Below are positions 15,777 to 26,802 of a stretch of DNA of 58,346 nt, one piece after another. How positions within the stretch are numbered: the first letter of the stretch is position 1; every line of letters starts with the position of its first letter. The DNA is from a virus (lineage: Duplodnaviria > Caudoviricetes). The notes below the pieces were generated by a model, which saw nothing but the letters and a program-made list of their open reading frames with translations, was not told the origin of the DNA and did no database searches. The DNA lies in the IMG/VR virus record IMGVR_UViG_3300025769_000128, positions 1 to 58,346 of that record, one strand, 5' to 3'. The translations under genes were made by a program, and so were the position numbers.

Positions 15777-17514
15777 AGGAGAAGATTACCCAGAGTGGGC
15801 AGAATCTGATATTTATAAAAAGACAATCAGTGGTGGATATTTATTAGAGGGCGAAACGCCGCGCGATGCTTATATGCGCGTTGCAAGGACCGTTGCGATG
15901 CATTTAGAACGCCCTGAGATGGCCGAAAAGTTTTTTGAATACGTCTGGAAGGGTTGGCTGTGTTTGGCGTCCCCCGTATTGTCTAATACAGGCACAACGC
16001 GTGGTTTGCCGATCAGTTGTTTCGGTATCGATGTCGCAGATTCAATAGCAGACATTGGAAGTAAAAACGATGTCGCAGATTCAATAGCAGACATTGGAAG
16101 TAAAAACCTTGAGATGATGTTGTTGGCTAAGCACGGTGGTGGTGTTGGTATTGGTATTAACCAAATCAGACCAGCTGGAGCAAACATTAAAAACAACGGT
16201 ACATCAGATGGTATTGTTCCATTTTGTAAGATATATGATTCAAGTATATTAGCTACAAACCAAGGATCAGTACGTCGCGGTGCTGCAAGCGTTAACTTAA
16301 ATATAGAGCATAAAGACTTTGAAGATTGGTTAGAGATTAGAGAACCTAAAGGCGATGTCAATCGACAGTCACTTAACTTACATCAATGTGCTATCGTTGG
16401 TGATAAGTTTATGCGTAAGCTTCTTGATGGGGATAAGGTAGCAAGAAGAAAATGGGGTAAGCTATTACAAAAGCGTAAAGCAACTGGTGAACCTTATATT
16501 ATGTACAAGGGTAATGTGAATAAGCAAAACCCTAATATGTATAAGAACAGCGGTCTAAAAGTACATATGACAAATATATGTTCTGAGATCGTTCTTCATA
16601 CAGATGAAAACCATAGCTTTGTTTGTTGTTTATCTTCTTTAAACCTAGCAAAGTATGATGAGTGGAAAGGTACAAACCTTATCTACGATGCAACTTGGTT
16701 TTTAGATGGAGTATTAGAAGAGTTTATACAAAAAGCAAAAGGTAAAATAGGATTTGAAAATTCAGTAAGATCAGCTGAGAAAGGTAGAGCTTTAGGTCTT
16801 GGTGTCCTTGGTTGGCACACGTATTTACAAAATAAAGGAATACCCTTTGAAGGATTATTAGCGCAATATGAAACTAGAAAGATATTTTCTCAAATTAAAA
16901 TCGAGACAGAGAGAGCGTCTATGGCGCTTGCAGAATCATTTGGTGAACCACTTTGGTGTGTTGGATCGGGCTTTAGAAATACTCATCTACGGGCCATTGC
17001 TCCTACTGTTAGTAATAGCAAACTTAGCGGTAACGTTTCTCCTGGTATTGAGCCTTGGGCTGCTAATGTTTTTACGGAACAAAGCGCGAAGGGTACATTT
17101 ATTCGTAAAAACCCTTCTTTAAAACAAGTTTTAGAAGATCTTGAATTAGACAATGAAGATATTTGGGATAGAATACTTGCAGACGGAGGATCAATACAAT
17201 ATATTGAGGAGCTTGATGATCATGTTATTGGTGATTGGGATATACCTGTTAAAGAAGTCTTTAAGACTTTTAAAGAGATTAATCAACTCGAAGTTGTTAA
17301 CCAAGCAGGTATTCGCCAGCAATACATTGATCAGAGTGTTTCGTTAAACTTAGCTTTCCCAGCGGATACAGATCCCAAGTTTATTAATAAAGTACACCTT
17401 GATGCTTGGAAAAAAGGTATCAAGACATTATACTATGTAAGAACTGAATCTGTGCTCCGCGGAGATATTGCTAAGAAAGTAACAGATGAAAACTGTTTAA
17501 GTTGTGATGGATAA
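15754..17514 (+). CDS. nrdA: Class I ribonucleotide reductase alpha subunit, no ATP cone
   Basis: ASPVLSN, PISCF, GGGVG, TNICSE, AIAPT..S, IDQSVS, KTLYY, C-terminal CLSC. Confidence 0.95.
   Translation: MASNRWIKGEDYPEWAESDIYKKTISGGYLLEGETPRDAYMRVARTVAMHLERPEMAEKFFEYVWKGWLCLASPVLSNTGTTRGLPISCFGIDVADSIADIGSKNDVADSIADIGSKNLEMMLLAKHGGGVGIGINQIRPAGANIKNNGTSDGIVPFCKIYDSSILATNQGSVRRGAASVNLNIEHKDFEDWLEIREPKGDVNRQSLNLHQCAIVGDKFMRKLLDGDKVARRKWGKLLQKRKATGEPYIMYKGNVNKQNPNMYKNSGLKVHMTNICSEIVLHTDENHSFVCCLSSLNLAKYDEWKGTNLIYDATWFLDGVLEEFIQKAKGKIGFENSVRSAEKGRALGLGVLGWHTYLQNKGIPFEGLLAQYETRKIFSQIKIETERASMALAESFGEPLWCVGSGFRNTHLRAIAPTVSNSKLSGNVSPGIEPWAANVFTEQSAKGTFIRKNPSLKQVLEDLELDNEDIWDRILADGGSIQYIEELDDHVIGDWDIPVKEVFKTFKEINQLEVVNQAGIRQQYIDQSVSLNLAFPADTDPKFINKVHLDAWKKGIKTLYYVRTESVLRGDIAKKVTDENCLSCDG
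16029..16106. repeat. 39-bp perfect tandem duplication in nrdA
   Basis: DVADSIADIGSKN x2 just after the active-site Cys. Confidence 0.92.
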
Positions 17515-17519
17515 TTAAC

Positions 17520-17567
17520 GCTTAGAGTAATAGACGATGGTAATTTTATCATCGTCTTCTCTTAAGC
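17520..17567. terminator. Hairpin between convergent genome arms (probable bidirectional terminator)
   Basis: Stem AGACGATGGTAA/TTATCATCGTCT, extendable by GCTTAGAG/CTCTTAAGC. Confidence 0.7.
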
Positions 17568-17632
17568 ACTTATTTAAGTATTTACACAATTAAATACGTT
17601 CTTACATTAAGTTTTATTATGCTATACACATA

Positions 17633-20600
17633 TTAATCTTCTGAAAACCTATTAAAATAATCTCTTGAATAATCTTCATTTCCATATTGATTAGTCAAAG
17701 GTCTTGTGTGACCTTTTTTCTTTTCATTGTCTACACCTAGCTGCCATGCTTCCCAACCTCCAAGCATAAAAATTCTTTGCCACATTTCCATTTCGTCACT
17801 CATAGCGCCTTCAATGTTATTATATTTAATAACTATACGATCTAGGGGTACGTTTGTTATTGCTGTAAATACTTTTGCTGTTGGCAAAACATATGGATCA
17901 TTTGGGCTAAATCCTTCACTAAATGGATCATCATATACTCCACGATCCGCTGAAAATAAAGCGCTACGTATTTTACTTATTTTAGAATCTATTGGAGGGG
18001 CTATATTAAATAATTCAAATATTGCTCTTTCATATTCACCTCTTTGACCCATCTTCTTTTTTCTATGTTCTTTGTATATCTTAAGCGCAACGTCTTTTAA
18101 CATGGCTGCAGTTGCGCCATATATACCCAAACCTCTAAGTATACTATTAGCCATACCATTAGCAACATCTAACTGCTTATTATATTGTTCTTCGTCATCA
18201 TCTTCAGCATCAGATCCAAACATCATTGCAAAAACGGCCTGCTGTATAGTGTTGAATATTAAGTTTTGAATAAAGGTATAATACAGTATTTTAGATGCGT
18301 TTGTTTTCCAATCGCCTCGATTATTGATTAAATCTAATGCAGCCTTTTTGGTTAATCTAGCATACTGCATTGATGTATTAGCAAAGTTCAATATAACGCG
18401 ACCAGCCGCGCTAGCTTGCTCCATGCTTATTTTATCGGTCCTACTTGATTGTTGGCTTTCTTCTGATAGATCTGCAAAGTCATTATAAGCTTTCTCTTCT
18501 GCTTCTTTTTGAGATAAACCTTCTTTTAAATAAGTTTTTACTCTATTTCTATAAAAAGTAGCACCACCAGTTGCTATTGCAATGCTATCAGCAATTTGTG
18601 TTGGAACATATCCTTTCTTTAAAAGCAGACTTATAAGTTTACTTACTTTGTTTTTAGACGTTTTAGCAATGTCTGCAAGTTCGGCTTCGCTTACGTTTAT
18701 TTTTAATCCCTTTCTTCTTGCTACTAAATAATTAGAATTCATTAGCATTCTTACGTCGCTCCAATATTGCTTTTGATTAGCAAACGCAGCACCAGCTTTT
18801 AAAGGATTATTATCTGTCCAATTTATAAAGTTTATATTAGATATTAACTGAAGTAAAGCTGATCTTGTATTAAAGAACATTATTGCAGCCGTACTACCAT
18901 TTAAATAATCAAATACTTTACTTGTTATATCATTTTTGTATGGTCTATTTCTACCATCTTTCATTCTCTGAAGAGAATCTTCAAGCGCTATTCTGTAACT
19001 TAAACCATACAAAAATTCTAACTTATTTAAGTTTTGTTCAGTAAAAATTTGATCAGCGTTTTCTTGCCATTGTTGCATATATTTTTGTCTAAGTTCACCT
19101 TTTGTGTACCTATACATATCATTAGCAACAGAACCACCTATCCAATTAACACTAGGTTTAGTGTATTCCTTGGATTTCATTAGTTTCATTATACCTTTTG
19201 CAAGTATTAAAAGAGATTGATCGTTTTCAACTAGTTTAATATTTTCCTTTAATTGATTTCCACTTAAACCAGGTACTTCGTATCCAGCTTTATTAAACAT
19301 CCATATACGCATAGATTGCTCATTGGTAAAGCCAGTTGGATTTTTCTTTTCAAGATACTGTGGTCTAACCTTGATTCTCTTTTTTAGCTCTTTGTAATCT
19401 TTAGACATCTGTACAGTAGACTCATCGATTGCTCTTTCTCCAAGAGAAAATGGATCGAAAAGATGTTTTTTATAAAACTTTTTAGCTTGCTCACCCTGTT
19501 CTCCTTTTGGCAATGTGTACCATAAAAGACCAGCAAAATCATCAGCACTTGGTGGTATCCAAAATCTATATCTAGGTTTTTGCTTAGATTTTATTCTAGC
19601 TTCTGCTGTAGATATTTGCTTATTAAAACGAATACCATGCTTGCGCTGTAAAATAACATTAAAATCTTTACTTAAATCTAAGCCTTTAGATGCCTTTAAT
19701 TTTACGCTTGTTAATTCTTCGTCTCGTTTTTGGAATTCATATAATAATACATCATTTGGCAAACTAGAAGCATTTTTAATACCTATTTTACTAGCTGTTT
19801 TATCGTTTATTTTTTTACCAGCCTCCGTAACGCGCGTGTATTCATTATCAACTCCCCCTGATGCAAAGAGTTTATTTTTAGTATCAACGGGTATTGTTTT
19901 ATGTGGCTTATCTTGTTTATCCCACCAATTATCTATACTTCCTACAGACTCTCCTGTTTCTGCAACTTGTTTTCCTAGATTTTTAAGTTCATTTTGACTT
20001 GGAACGCCGCCCTCATTCAAGAAGTATATGTAATCCTCCGGTCTCATTACTTCATCTGTATCAACATTTTCTATTACTAATCCGCCTCTTTTAACGTTGT
20101 AATAAATATCAAATACTTCACCATAATAGTTTTCACCCTGCTGTAGATATATGAAATCTTTATTTTCTACAAAAGCAGCTTTTGAACCTACTCCTAAACT
20201 TATAATCTTACCATTTTTAAATACTGCAACTTTGTAGTTTCCGTATTTATCCCAAATATTACGATTAACCTTACCGTCTTTTTTAGCTGTAATACACCAT
20301 GGACTTGTTTTTTTACCAAGATGTGATTCAACTATATCAGCCAAGTCATCTTGACCCTGCTCAGAGTTATCAACATCGTATAAAACTATATCACTGTTAT
20401 CTGGTAACTCTCTCTTATTAGTTAAGGTACTAACTTCATCTGGATTAATATAAGCTTTCTTTACCGTTTCACCAAATTCGTTAATTAATTCAGTAGGATT
20501 AGGGTATGATCTTGGATCAATACCTTTTATCGATGCTATTCGTTCTGCTTCAATAATTTTATAACCATCTTCTGGCAATATAAAACCAGGCTGATACATA

Positions 20601-23600
20601 TAGAACAAAGCGAGTTCTTCAAACTTCTTTTTCTTTTGGTCAGGTATATTAGTTGTATCTAACCAATTAAATATACTTTCAACTTGATTTTTTATTTGAT
20701 CTGGTGTTAAATCATATCTTCGTTTAGCTAATGTTTTTTCATACCTAATTTGATCACCTCTAGACGAGAACAACTTTACTGCCTGTTGTTTTCGTGGCAT
20801 GAGATCCTTAACAATATCACTTTCTTTAACTACTAATTCCGGTAAACCAGCCTCTTTCATCGCTTTTTTTACCTCTTTATTATTATATCTAACCATCCAA
20901 CCTCCTTCTGGAACGGTATCTTTGTAATATTTGTTTACAATATCATGCGCTTTAGATGAAATAATAGAAACTCTATAATTATTTAGTATATCATCAAATG
21001 ATTTATTGGTCTTACCATTAATATATTTTAATAATTCAGTTATAACGACTCTAGCGGGTAATGAATGTTCATAAACAAATTCTTCGTCTGTCTTTGGTTT
21101 TTTACCTTCAGCAAAGTCTTGAAAAAATCCAGGTATTGCAGCTGTTCTAACGAGTGAATTAACATTGGCATTAAACGTCATCATTATCATACCGACGTCG
21201 TTATTCGTTATTTTGCCATTGTCTCTTAGTTCTATTAATTTATCAATTATAAGTTTTAACCCTTTTCTTTGATCTAAAGCAAATTCAACTCTTTCTTCTA
21301 ATTCCTCTACAAACTTACCATCAACATAGCCTTTAGCGCTTTGCTTATTAATTATCCCAGTTAACGTGTTATAAGGTTTATTATTAAAAGAAACAAATTG
21401 TTGCCCTGAAACATATTTTGCATTCATTGACTTAGGTACAATACTATTAAAGAAGTCTTTTCTACCAGTCGTTAAAAAATATCTTAATGTCTTTAAATTT
21501 GTTTCAGGATCTTCTACAATGCTAATAAAATCATTTGTTTTAGCATCGTATAGATATTGCTTACCTAACACACCCCATTGATTACTTATTGTAGGTAAAA
21601 TATATTTAACTATTTGATCTGGTGTTAACGATAAAGTTAATTCAGATAAAGCAGATCTAGCTGATTTTAATTGATTTGTATTTGTAAAATCTAAATCAGA
21701 TTTTTTAAGATCTAATATTTTCCTATAATCAGGTCGCTCTGTTAAACCTTGAGATGCCATTAAAGGAGACTTTCCAGCAGCAATATTGCTTACATATACT
21801 CTATATTCTGGTTGTTTAGATAATTCATCTCTTACCACTTTATTTGTAACAAGTCTACCAATTAATTCCATCATGCCTTTAATATTCTGACCTGTTGGCG
21901 TTCTTGGATCACTATTTACGATATTACCATCTTTGTCAAACCCTAAAGCATTAGCAATGTCTTCTTTACTTAATGTTTCTTTTTTAACCCATTCAGGTAA
22001 ACCAGCTGGTGTTTTTACTCTTTCTAATTTATCGTAAAATAATTTTAATAAATTATTAGGCATACCAGTTGAAATACCAATTAATTCATCAGATATGTCT
22101 TGTTCTACCTTTCCTTTTGTCCTTGCTTCTATGTCTGTAGTTGTAGATGGAACTGTAGCAAATGGTAATAAATCAAGTATATTTTTAAAACCTATTTCTT
22201 TAAAAATATTTTGAGCTGATACCATTTCTTTACCATTAAGATTTAATTTTTTATCTTCTATTGCTTTTTGTCTTACATTAAACAAGTTAGCAGTTGATTC
22301 AAAATCTAAATTTCTTAATGAATTAAATGTTAACTCACTTAATTCTAAATCATTGATTTTTGACGTTATATTTGATATAGTTTGTTCTTTGTCAAAATTA
22401 GGTACATTTGGTATTACGTTTAACGGATTGATTAATTCTGGTGTTGCATCAATTCGTTGTTCTCTTCTAATTTCAGCGTTAGCACTTAGATCTTGCATAT
22501 CAAATGCGTCTTGATCTTGTTCTTCTCTAAATTCTACGGCATATCTTTGAAGTTCATTTGTTGATCTAATTTCTAAACCAGATAACTGTGGGTATTTATT
22601 TTTTATAACATCAAGTATTTTTTCATTGATGTATTTATTGATATATGCGTTTATAGGTGTTCTACCATCGTAGCTTTCAATTAATCCTTTTATAGATTGA
22701 CTTGGTCTCGCCGTTGTACCAAGCATCGCGTCTAAAACTATATTTGATTTTTCATCTTCAAATTGCTCGTTTAATCTATAACCAGAAAAACGCTCCGATG
22801 TGTTTAATCTTCTTTCTATTTCATTTTCCCAAAATCTAGCGATAATGGTTGAACCATCTTTTCCAAGAGCGTCGTATACAGTTTGTGTTTTTTCATATAT
22901 ATTGTTACCAGCTATATTTTCAATTTCAGCTAATACTTTTCTTGGCTCTCTAATACCATCTTCTTTTATTCTTTGAAGCGTTTCAGGTTTATCTTTAAAC
23001 TTTTCTAAAAGATTATTGTATTCTTCTTTTTCTTTATTGTATTGTTCTTTTAATCTTTCTTTAACTTCATTTAGTTTAATTAAACTTTGCTCAGACAATG
23101 GTTGCATACCAATAGAAGCACTTAATCTTTCTTCATCAGCTTCATCTGGCAATATCATTTTTAAAGCCTGCTCTTTAGTTTTCTTTTGAAAACTAGAGAT
23201 ATAACTGTATAAATCTTCACCAGTTTGAATATGATTGAAATCATTTGATTCACCTAAAAAGAATTCATTGATTTGATTTACAACTGTTTTTAATTGAAAC
23301 AATGTATTAAAATTACTTCTACTTAAAATATTAGTAGCAATCAAATCGTTAACTATAGTAATTAATTCTTCGTTTTTATTATATGCTGATTCGTATGATT
23401 TTTTTCTATTTTGAAAATACTCGTATTGTTTTTCAGTTATTTCTCTATCTTCTCTTTTTTGAGCAATAATATTATCAAGTCCAATTATTGCTTGATTCAT
23501 AGATTTAACAATGTTTTCTTCTGTTATTCTATTACTCTTATTATATAGATGTAATAACTCATGTAGTGGAGTTACAGCCGCTGAATAAGCGTCAAATTCA

Positions 23601-26600
23601 TTATTTGAACCATGTATTCTTGATGCAATATTATCTTCAAATACAACTATAAAGTCTTTACCAGTAACACCGTTGTTTCCAGTAAGTCTTTGTCCATTTT
23701 TTACTCCACCATAATAATTGCTGAATAATTCATCAACTATGTTTTCTGAATTATCATTCAAAGCATCTACAGCAAATCGCTTAAGTCTGTTTCTTATTTC
23801 TTCTTCATTTTTAAGATCACTTAAATCTAATTTGAAGTATTTAAAATTCTTATTTTTATATTTAGCATGTTCAACAATGTCAGAATAAAATTGAAATAAA
23901 GAAACAGCTCTAGCTGATTGGGCTGGGTTTAATGCACCCGCTTTTTCAGCAGCTTTTATTTTATTCTGCATATCTTTACTAGCGAAACTGTTATGCATGT
24001 CATAAAGTTCCTTATACTCATCTTGCAATTGTTGAGCATATTTTATGCCTTGTTTTGACGTATCACCACTTTGAGCTTGCTTTTGTATTTCTCTTATTTT
24101 AGCTCGTTTTTTTCTTGCTAATTCAAAAATAGTATTTAAATTGTTTGTACCATTTTCTTCATCGTCACGCATTATGTTATTAATACGCTGTATTGTTATA
24201 GCGTTATCTATACTAGCTTGCCTTATTATTTCTATTTTTCTTTTTTTAGCATCAGAAAGTTCTATTGGTGATAATTGTCCAGATCTTATTTTAGCTTCAA
24301 TAGAGATTAATTCATTCCTAAGGTTAGCCATTTGTCTTTTTTCATCAGAAGTTGCAATTTCTTCTCTTACAAAAGAAAAAACATTAGCAGCTGATCCAGG
24401 ACCTTGTATTGCTAAACTTGTAATTCCTACATTTGCAATAAAATCTTTATCTACACCGTCAAATAATTGTTTATCAGCGTCAAATAAAGCTATATCAACA
24501 AAATTGTGTCCTAGTTGAGTACCAATTTCTTCTAATTCTTCAATAGCCACGTTATATGCTACACCAGTTGGACCATATAAAATCTTTTTAAGCGAAGAAC
24601 CACCTCTATTGAAAAATCTATTACCGTTTTGTATATACCTAAGTGTACCAAATTTTTCAGCATAAGAAGCTATACCACCATACATTAACGCGGTAAAACC
24701 CTTTTTCATCATACCTGCATTTAAAAGATTTTGCAGCTCATTTATTTGCCTTTCGATTGCTAATCTTTCTGCTGGTGTTTTAGCTAACTTTAATGATTCT
24801 TCTAACTCTGGTATAATTAACGATGCATTTCTTTGAGATATTTCTAATTCTGATAATTTATCGCCAGCTTCCATTGTAAAAAACGCAGCTTGCGCTAATC
24901 TTGAAGCTGCTTTTTGTGCGGCCATTCTACCACTAGCAGCCCCAATTCCAGTTAAGCCACCAGTACCAATTGTAGAAAGTACAACTGCTATAGATGGGGA
25001 GTTATTAGCAAGAACTTGACTTATATAATTGTAAGCGCTAACATCATCTGACCAAAAATCATCAGTGCTGTAGTTTTTTACAAAATCTTCTGATAGTTCT
25101 TTATCTAATGCTAAGTTGTAGTTAATAGCATCGGTATATAGATTATCAATCGCATCAGAAAAACCAGTTGGTTTTACAAAGTCCCCACTGGTTTCATCTA
25201 TTGAATTTATAATATCTGCAGACAACTTTAATGCGCCAGCTCCTAATATAAATGCGCTACCAGCAAATGATTTTTCAAATTGAAGTAATGCTCTGTTTAT
25301 AGCACTATAATCTCTATTAGTTGCATCTATAACGAACGAAATATCATCAAGTGTACCAGCCTCTGAACTTATTTGTTGTGCTCTATCTTTAATTGAATTT
25401 GACTCTTTTTCTAATGTACTATATAATTCGAAAACGCCAGCATCGTTTAATTTTTTATTTAACACTTCATATTCAGAATACAAAGCATTATACTCTTCTT
25501 GAGTACTAGTTTGCTTATCAAAATTAAGTAATTGATCAGATATTTCAGCACGTCTAGCAACGTCAACGCTATATTTATCGTTAAACTCTTTTATTGACGA
25601 CTCTAAATTATTTGCATCATTTTCTAGAATATCAAAGTTTGCTTTTATTTTTGCTTTTTGATTTTCTATATATTTTTGTTTGGTTTTAGTTGGAAGATTA
25701 TCTGTTAAACCATACGCATATAATGTTTCTATAGAAGGTGTGTATGTTTTTCCTTCTAAAACGGTTTCTTCTAATAATGGTCTACCCGTTTTCTTGTAGA
25801 AAGCATTTTCATCAATTTTACCTTTAGCATCTTGCAACGCTAGTTCGGCATCGTATTCACCATTAGTATATCTGTTAAGTAGTTTTCTTTGTTCTCTACT
25901 TAAATTACTTTCGTATATTTGTGAAGCAGATTCTTTAACATTTGCTATAGATTTTTCTACATCTCTTGGATATAAACTTGAAGCAATATCCATGTCTATT
26001 GTACCATCTTTTTTATATGTGGTATATAAACCAAAAAGATCATCACCAAGATGTTCTTTTAATTGCTCATCAGTAGGTTGTATTTTTACCGCTTTATACA
26101 TTGGTTCACCTCCAGCACCCATGTATTGTATGGTTTCATAATCATATTGAAAATCTTTTAAAGCCTCTTCAAATTTATTTTTAGCAAAATCTTCTTTAAC
26201 TTTATCGTTATTTTTATCTATTTGCTTTAATTTTTCATGCAGCTCTAAATTAAGTTCTTTACCTTCTTCTGAGTAAACTTCCTCGATTTCAATAACAGGT
26301 TGTTCTGGTAATTCTCTAGCATTTTTACCAAAGGCTTTTATATACTCATCTACACTACCATATCCACCTTTTTTATAAACATCAGAATTTATAATATCAC
26401 TTTCAGTAAAAACACGAGTATCCATCTTGCCTTTAGATGGATTCCATCTATTTATTTCAAAAGCCTTTTCTGTTTTTCCAATTTTTGACTGTTGATTTGA
26501 TAAGTCTTCTGATAAATCTGTGGAAACGCTTGGCTGCTGAGATTCTTCTGGTGCCGCAGTCACAGCCGCAGTATCGACACCCTGTTGCTTTCCCAATATG

Positions 26601-26773
26601 AGAGCTTTAAAGTCTTCTTTTTGATCAGCATAACCATCTCTCTTAAACAAATCATAAGCGTAATCAAAAGCGTCGTTATTTGTTTGTATTAAAGACTTAA
26701 AATCATCTATAGAATCTGTATAACCGTCTTTTTTAAAAAGTTCATAAGCGTAGTTGAAAGCTTCTTCATTCAT
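17633..26773 (-). CDS. Giant internal virion / ejected polyvalent protein (3046 aa)
   Basis: Last gene of the structural arm; HELLH zincin motif, SPWCIT motif, helical and hydrophobic C-terminus. Confidence 0.7.
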   Translation of the reverse strand: MNEEAFNYAYELFKKDGYTDSIDDFKSLIQTNNDAFDYAYDLFKRDGYADQKEDFKALILGKQQGVDTAAVTAAPEESQQPSVSTDLSEDLSNQQSKIGKTEKAFEINRWNPSKGKMDTRVFTESDIINSDVYKKGGYGSVDEYIKAFGKNARELPEQPVIEIEEVYSEEGKELNLELHEKLKQIDKNNDKVKEDFAKNKFEEALKDFQYDYETIQYMGAGGEPMYKAVKIQPTDEQLKEHLGDDLFGLYTTYKKDGTIDMDIASSLYPRDVEKSIANVKESASQIYESNLSREQRKLLNRYTNGEYDAELALQDAKGKIDENAFYKKTGRPLLEETVLEGKTYTPSIETLYAYGLTDNLPTKTKQKYIENQKAKIKANFDILENDANNLESSIKEFNDKYSVDVARRAEISDQLLNFDKQTSTQEEYNALYSEYEVLNKKLNDAGVFELYSTLEKESNSIKDRAQQISSEAGTLDDISFVIDATNRDYSAINRALLQFEKSFAGSAFILGAGALKLSADIINSIDETSGDFVKPTGFSDAIDNLYTDAINYNLALDKELSEDFVKNYSTDDFWSDDVSAYNYISQVLANNSPSIAVVLSTIGTGGLTGIGAASGRMAAQKAASRLAQAAFFTMEAGDKLSELEISQRNASLIIPELEESLKLAKTPAERLAIERQINELQNLLNAGMMKKGFTALMYGGIASYAEKFGTLRYIQNGNRFFNRGGSSLKKILYGPTGVAYNVAIEELEEIGTQLGHNFVDIALFDADKQLFDGVDKDFIANVGITSLAIQGPGSAANVFSFVREEIATSDEKRQMANLRNELISIEAKIRSGQLSPIELSDAKKRKIEIIRQASIDNAITIQRINNIMRDDEENGTNNLNTIFELARKKRAKIREIQKQAQSGDTSKQGIKYAQQLQDEYKELYDMHNSFASKDMQNKIKAAEKAGALNPAQSARAVSLFQFYSDIVEHAKYKNKNFKYFKLDLSDLKNEEEIRNRLKRFAVDALNDNSENIVDELFSNYYGGVKNGQRLTGNNGVTGKDFIVVFEDNIASRIHGSNNEFDAYSAAVTPLHELLHLYNKSNRITEENIVKSMNQAIIGLDNIIAQKREDREITEKQYEYFQNRKKSYESAYNKNEELITIVNDLIATNILSRSNFNTLFQLKTVVNQINEFFLGESNDFNHIQTGEDLYSYISSFQKKTKEQALKMILPDEADEERLSASIGMQPLSEQSLIKLNEVKERLKEQYNKEKEEYNNLLEKFKDKPETLQRIKEDGIREPRKVLAEIENIAGNNIYEKTQTVYDALGKDGSTIIARFWENEIERRLNTSERFSGYRLNEQFEDEKSNIVLDAMLGTTARPSQSIKGLIESYDGRTPINAYINKYINEKILDVIKNKYPQLSGLEIRSTNELQRYAVEFREEQDQDAFDMQDLSANAEIRREQRIDATPELINPLNVIPNVPNFDKEQTISNITSKINDLELSELTFNSLRNLDFESTANLFNVRQKAIEDKKLNLNGKEMVSAQNIFKEIGFKNILDLLPFATVPSTTTDIEARTKGKVEQDISDELIGISTGMPNNLLKLFYDKLERVKTPAGLPEWVKKETLSKEDIANALGFDKDGNIVNSDPRTPTGQNIKGMMELIGRLVTNKVVRDELSKQPEYRVYVSNIAAGKSPLMASQGLTERPDYRKILDLKKSDLDFTNTNQLKSARSALSELTLSLTPDQIVKYILPTISNQWGVLGKQYLYDAKTNDFISIVEDPETNLKTLRYFLTTGRKDFFNSIVPKSMNAKYVSGQQFVSFNNKPYNTLTGIINKQSAKGYVDGKFVEELEERVEFALDQRKGLKLIIDKLIELRDNGKITNNDVGMIMMTFNANVNSLVRTAAIPGFFQDFAEGKKPKTDEEFVYEHSLPARVVITELLKYINGKTNKSFDDILNNYRVSIISSKAHDIVNKYYKDTVPEGGWMVRYNNKEVKKAMKEAGLPELVVKESDIVKDLMPRKQQAVKLFSSRGDQIRYEKTLAKRRYDLTPDQIKNQVESIFNWLDTTNIPDQKKKKFEELALFYMYQPGFILPEDGYKIIEAERIASIKGIDPRSYPNPTELINEFGETVKKAYINPDEVSTLTNKRELPDNSDIVLYDVDNSEQGQDDLADIVESHLGKKTSPWCITAKKDGKVNRNIWDKYGNYKVAVFKNGKIISLGVGSKAAFVENKDFIYLQQGENYYGEVFDIYYNVKRGGLVIENVDTDEVMRPEDYIYFLNEGGVPSQNELKNLGKQVAETGESVGSIDNWWDKQDKPHKTIPVDTKNKLFASGGVDNEYTRVTEAGKKINDKTASKIGIKNASSLPNDVLLYEFQKRDEELTSVKLKASKGLDLSKDFNVILQRKHGIRFNKQISTAEARIKSKQKPRYRFWIPPSADDFAGLLWYTLPKGEQGEQAKKFYKKHLFDPFSLGERAIDESTVQMSKDYKELKKRIKVRPQYLEKKNPTGFTNEQSMRIWMFNKAGYEVPGLSGNQLKENIKLVENDQSLLILAKGIMKLMKSKEYTKPSVNWIGGSVANDMYRYTKGELRQKYMQQWQENADQIFTEQNLNKLEFLYGLSYRIALEDSLQRMKDGRNRPYKNDITSKVFDYLNGSTAAIMFFNTRSALLQLISNINFINWTDNNPLKAGAAFANQKQYWSDVRMLMNSNYLVARRKGLKINVSEAELADIAKTSKNKVSKLISLLLKKGYVPTQIADSIAIATGGATFYRNRVKTYLKEGLSQKEAEEKAYNDFADLSEESQQSSRTDKISMEQASAAGRVILNFANTSMQYARLTKKAALDLINNRGDWKTNASKILYYTFIQNLIFNTIQQAVFAMMFGSDAEDDDEEQYNKQLDVANGMANSILRGLGIYGATAAMLKDVALKIYKEHRKKKMGQRGEYERAIFELFNIAPPIDSKISKIRSALFSADRGVYDDPFSEGFSPNDPYVLPTAKVFTAITNVPLDRIVIKYNNIEGAMSDEMEMWQRIFMLGGWEAWQLGVDNEKKKGHTRPLTNQYGNEDYSRDYFNRFSED

Positions 26774-26802
26774 ATTTATAGTATTCTATATTATTTATCT
26801 TT

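Noticed and set aside
17633-26773. Giant protein as a crAss- or N4-type virion RNA polymerase
   Set aside because: No DxDxD catalytic loop or complete Rx3Kx7YG motif found by eye; cannot be fully excluded without structure prediction
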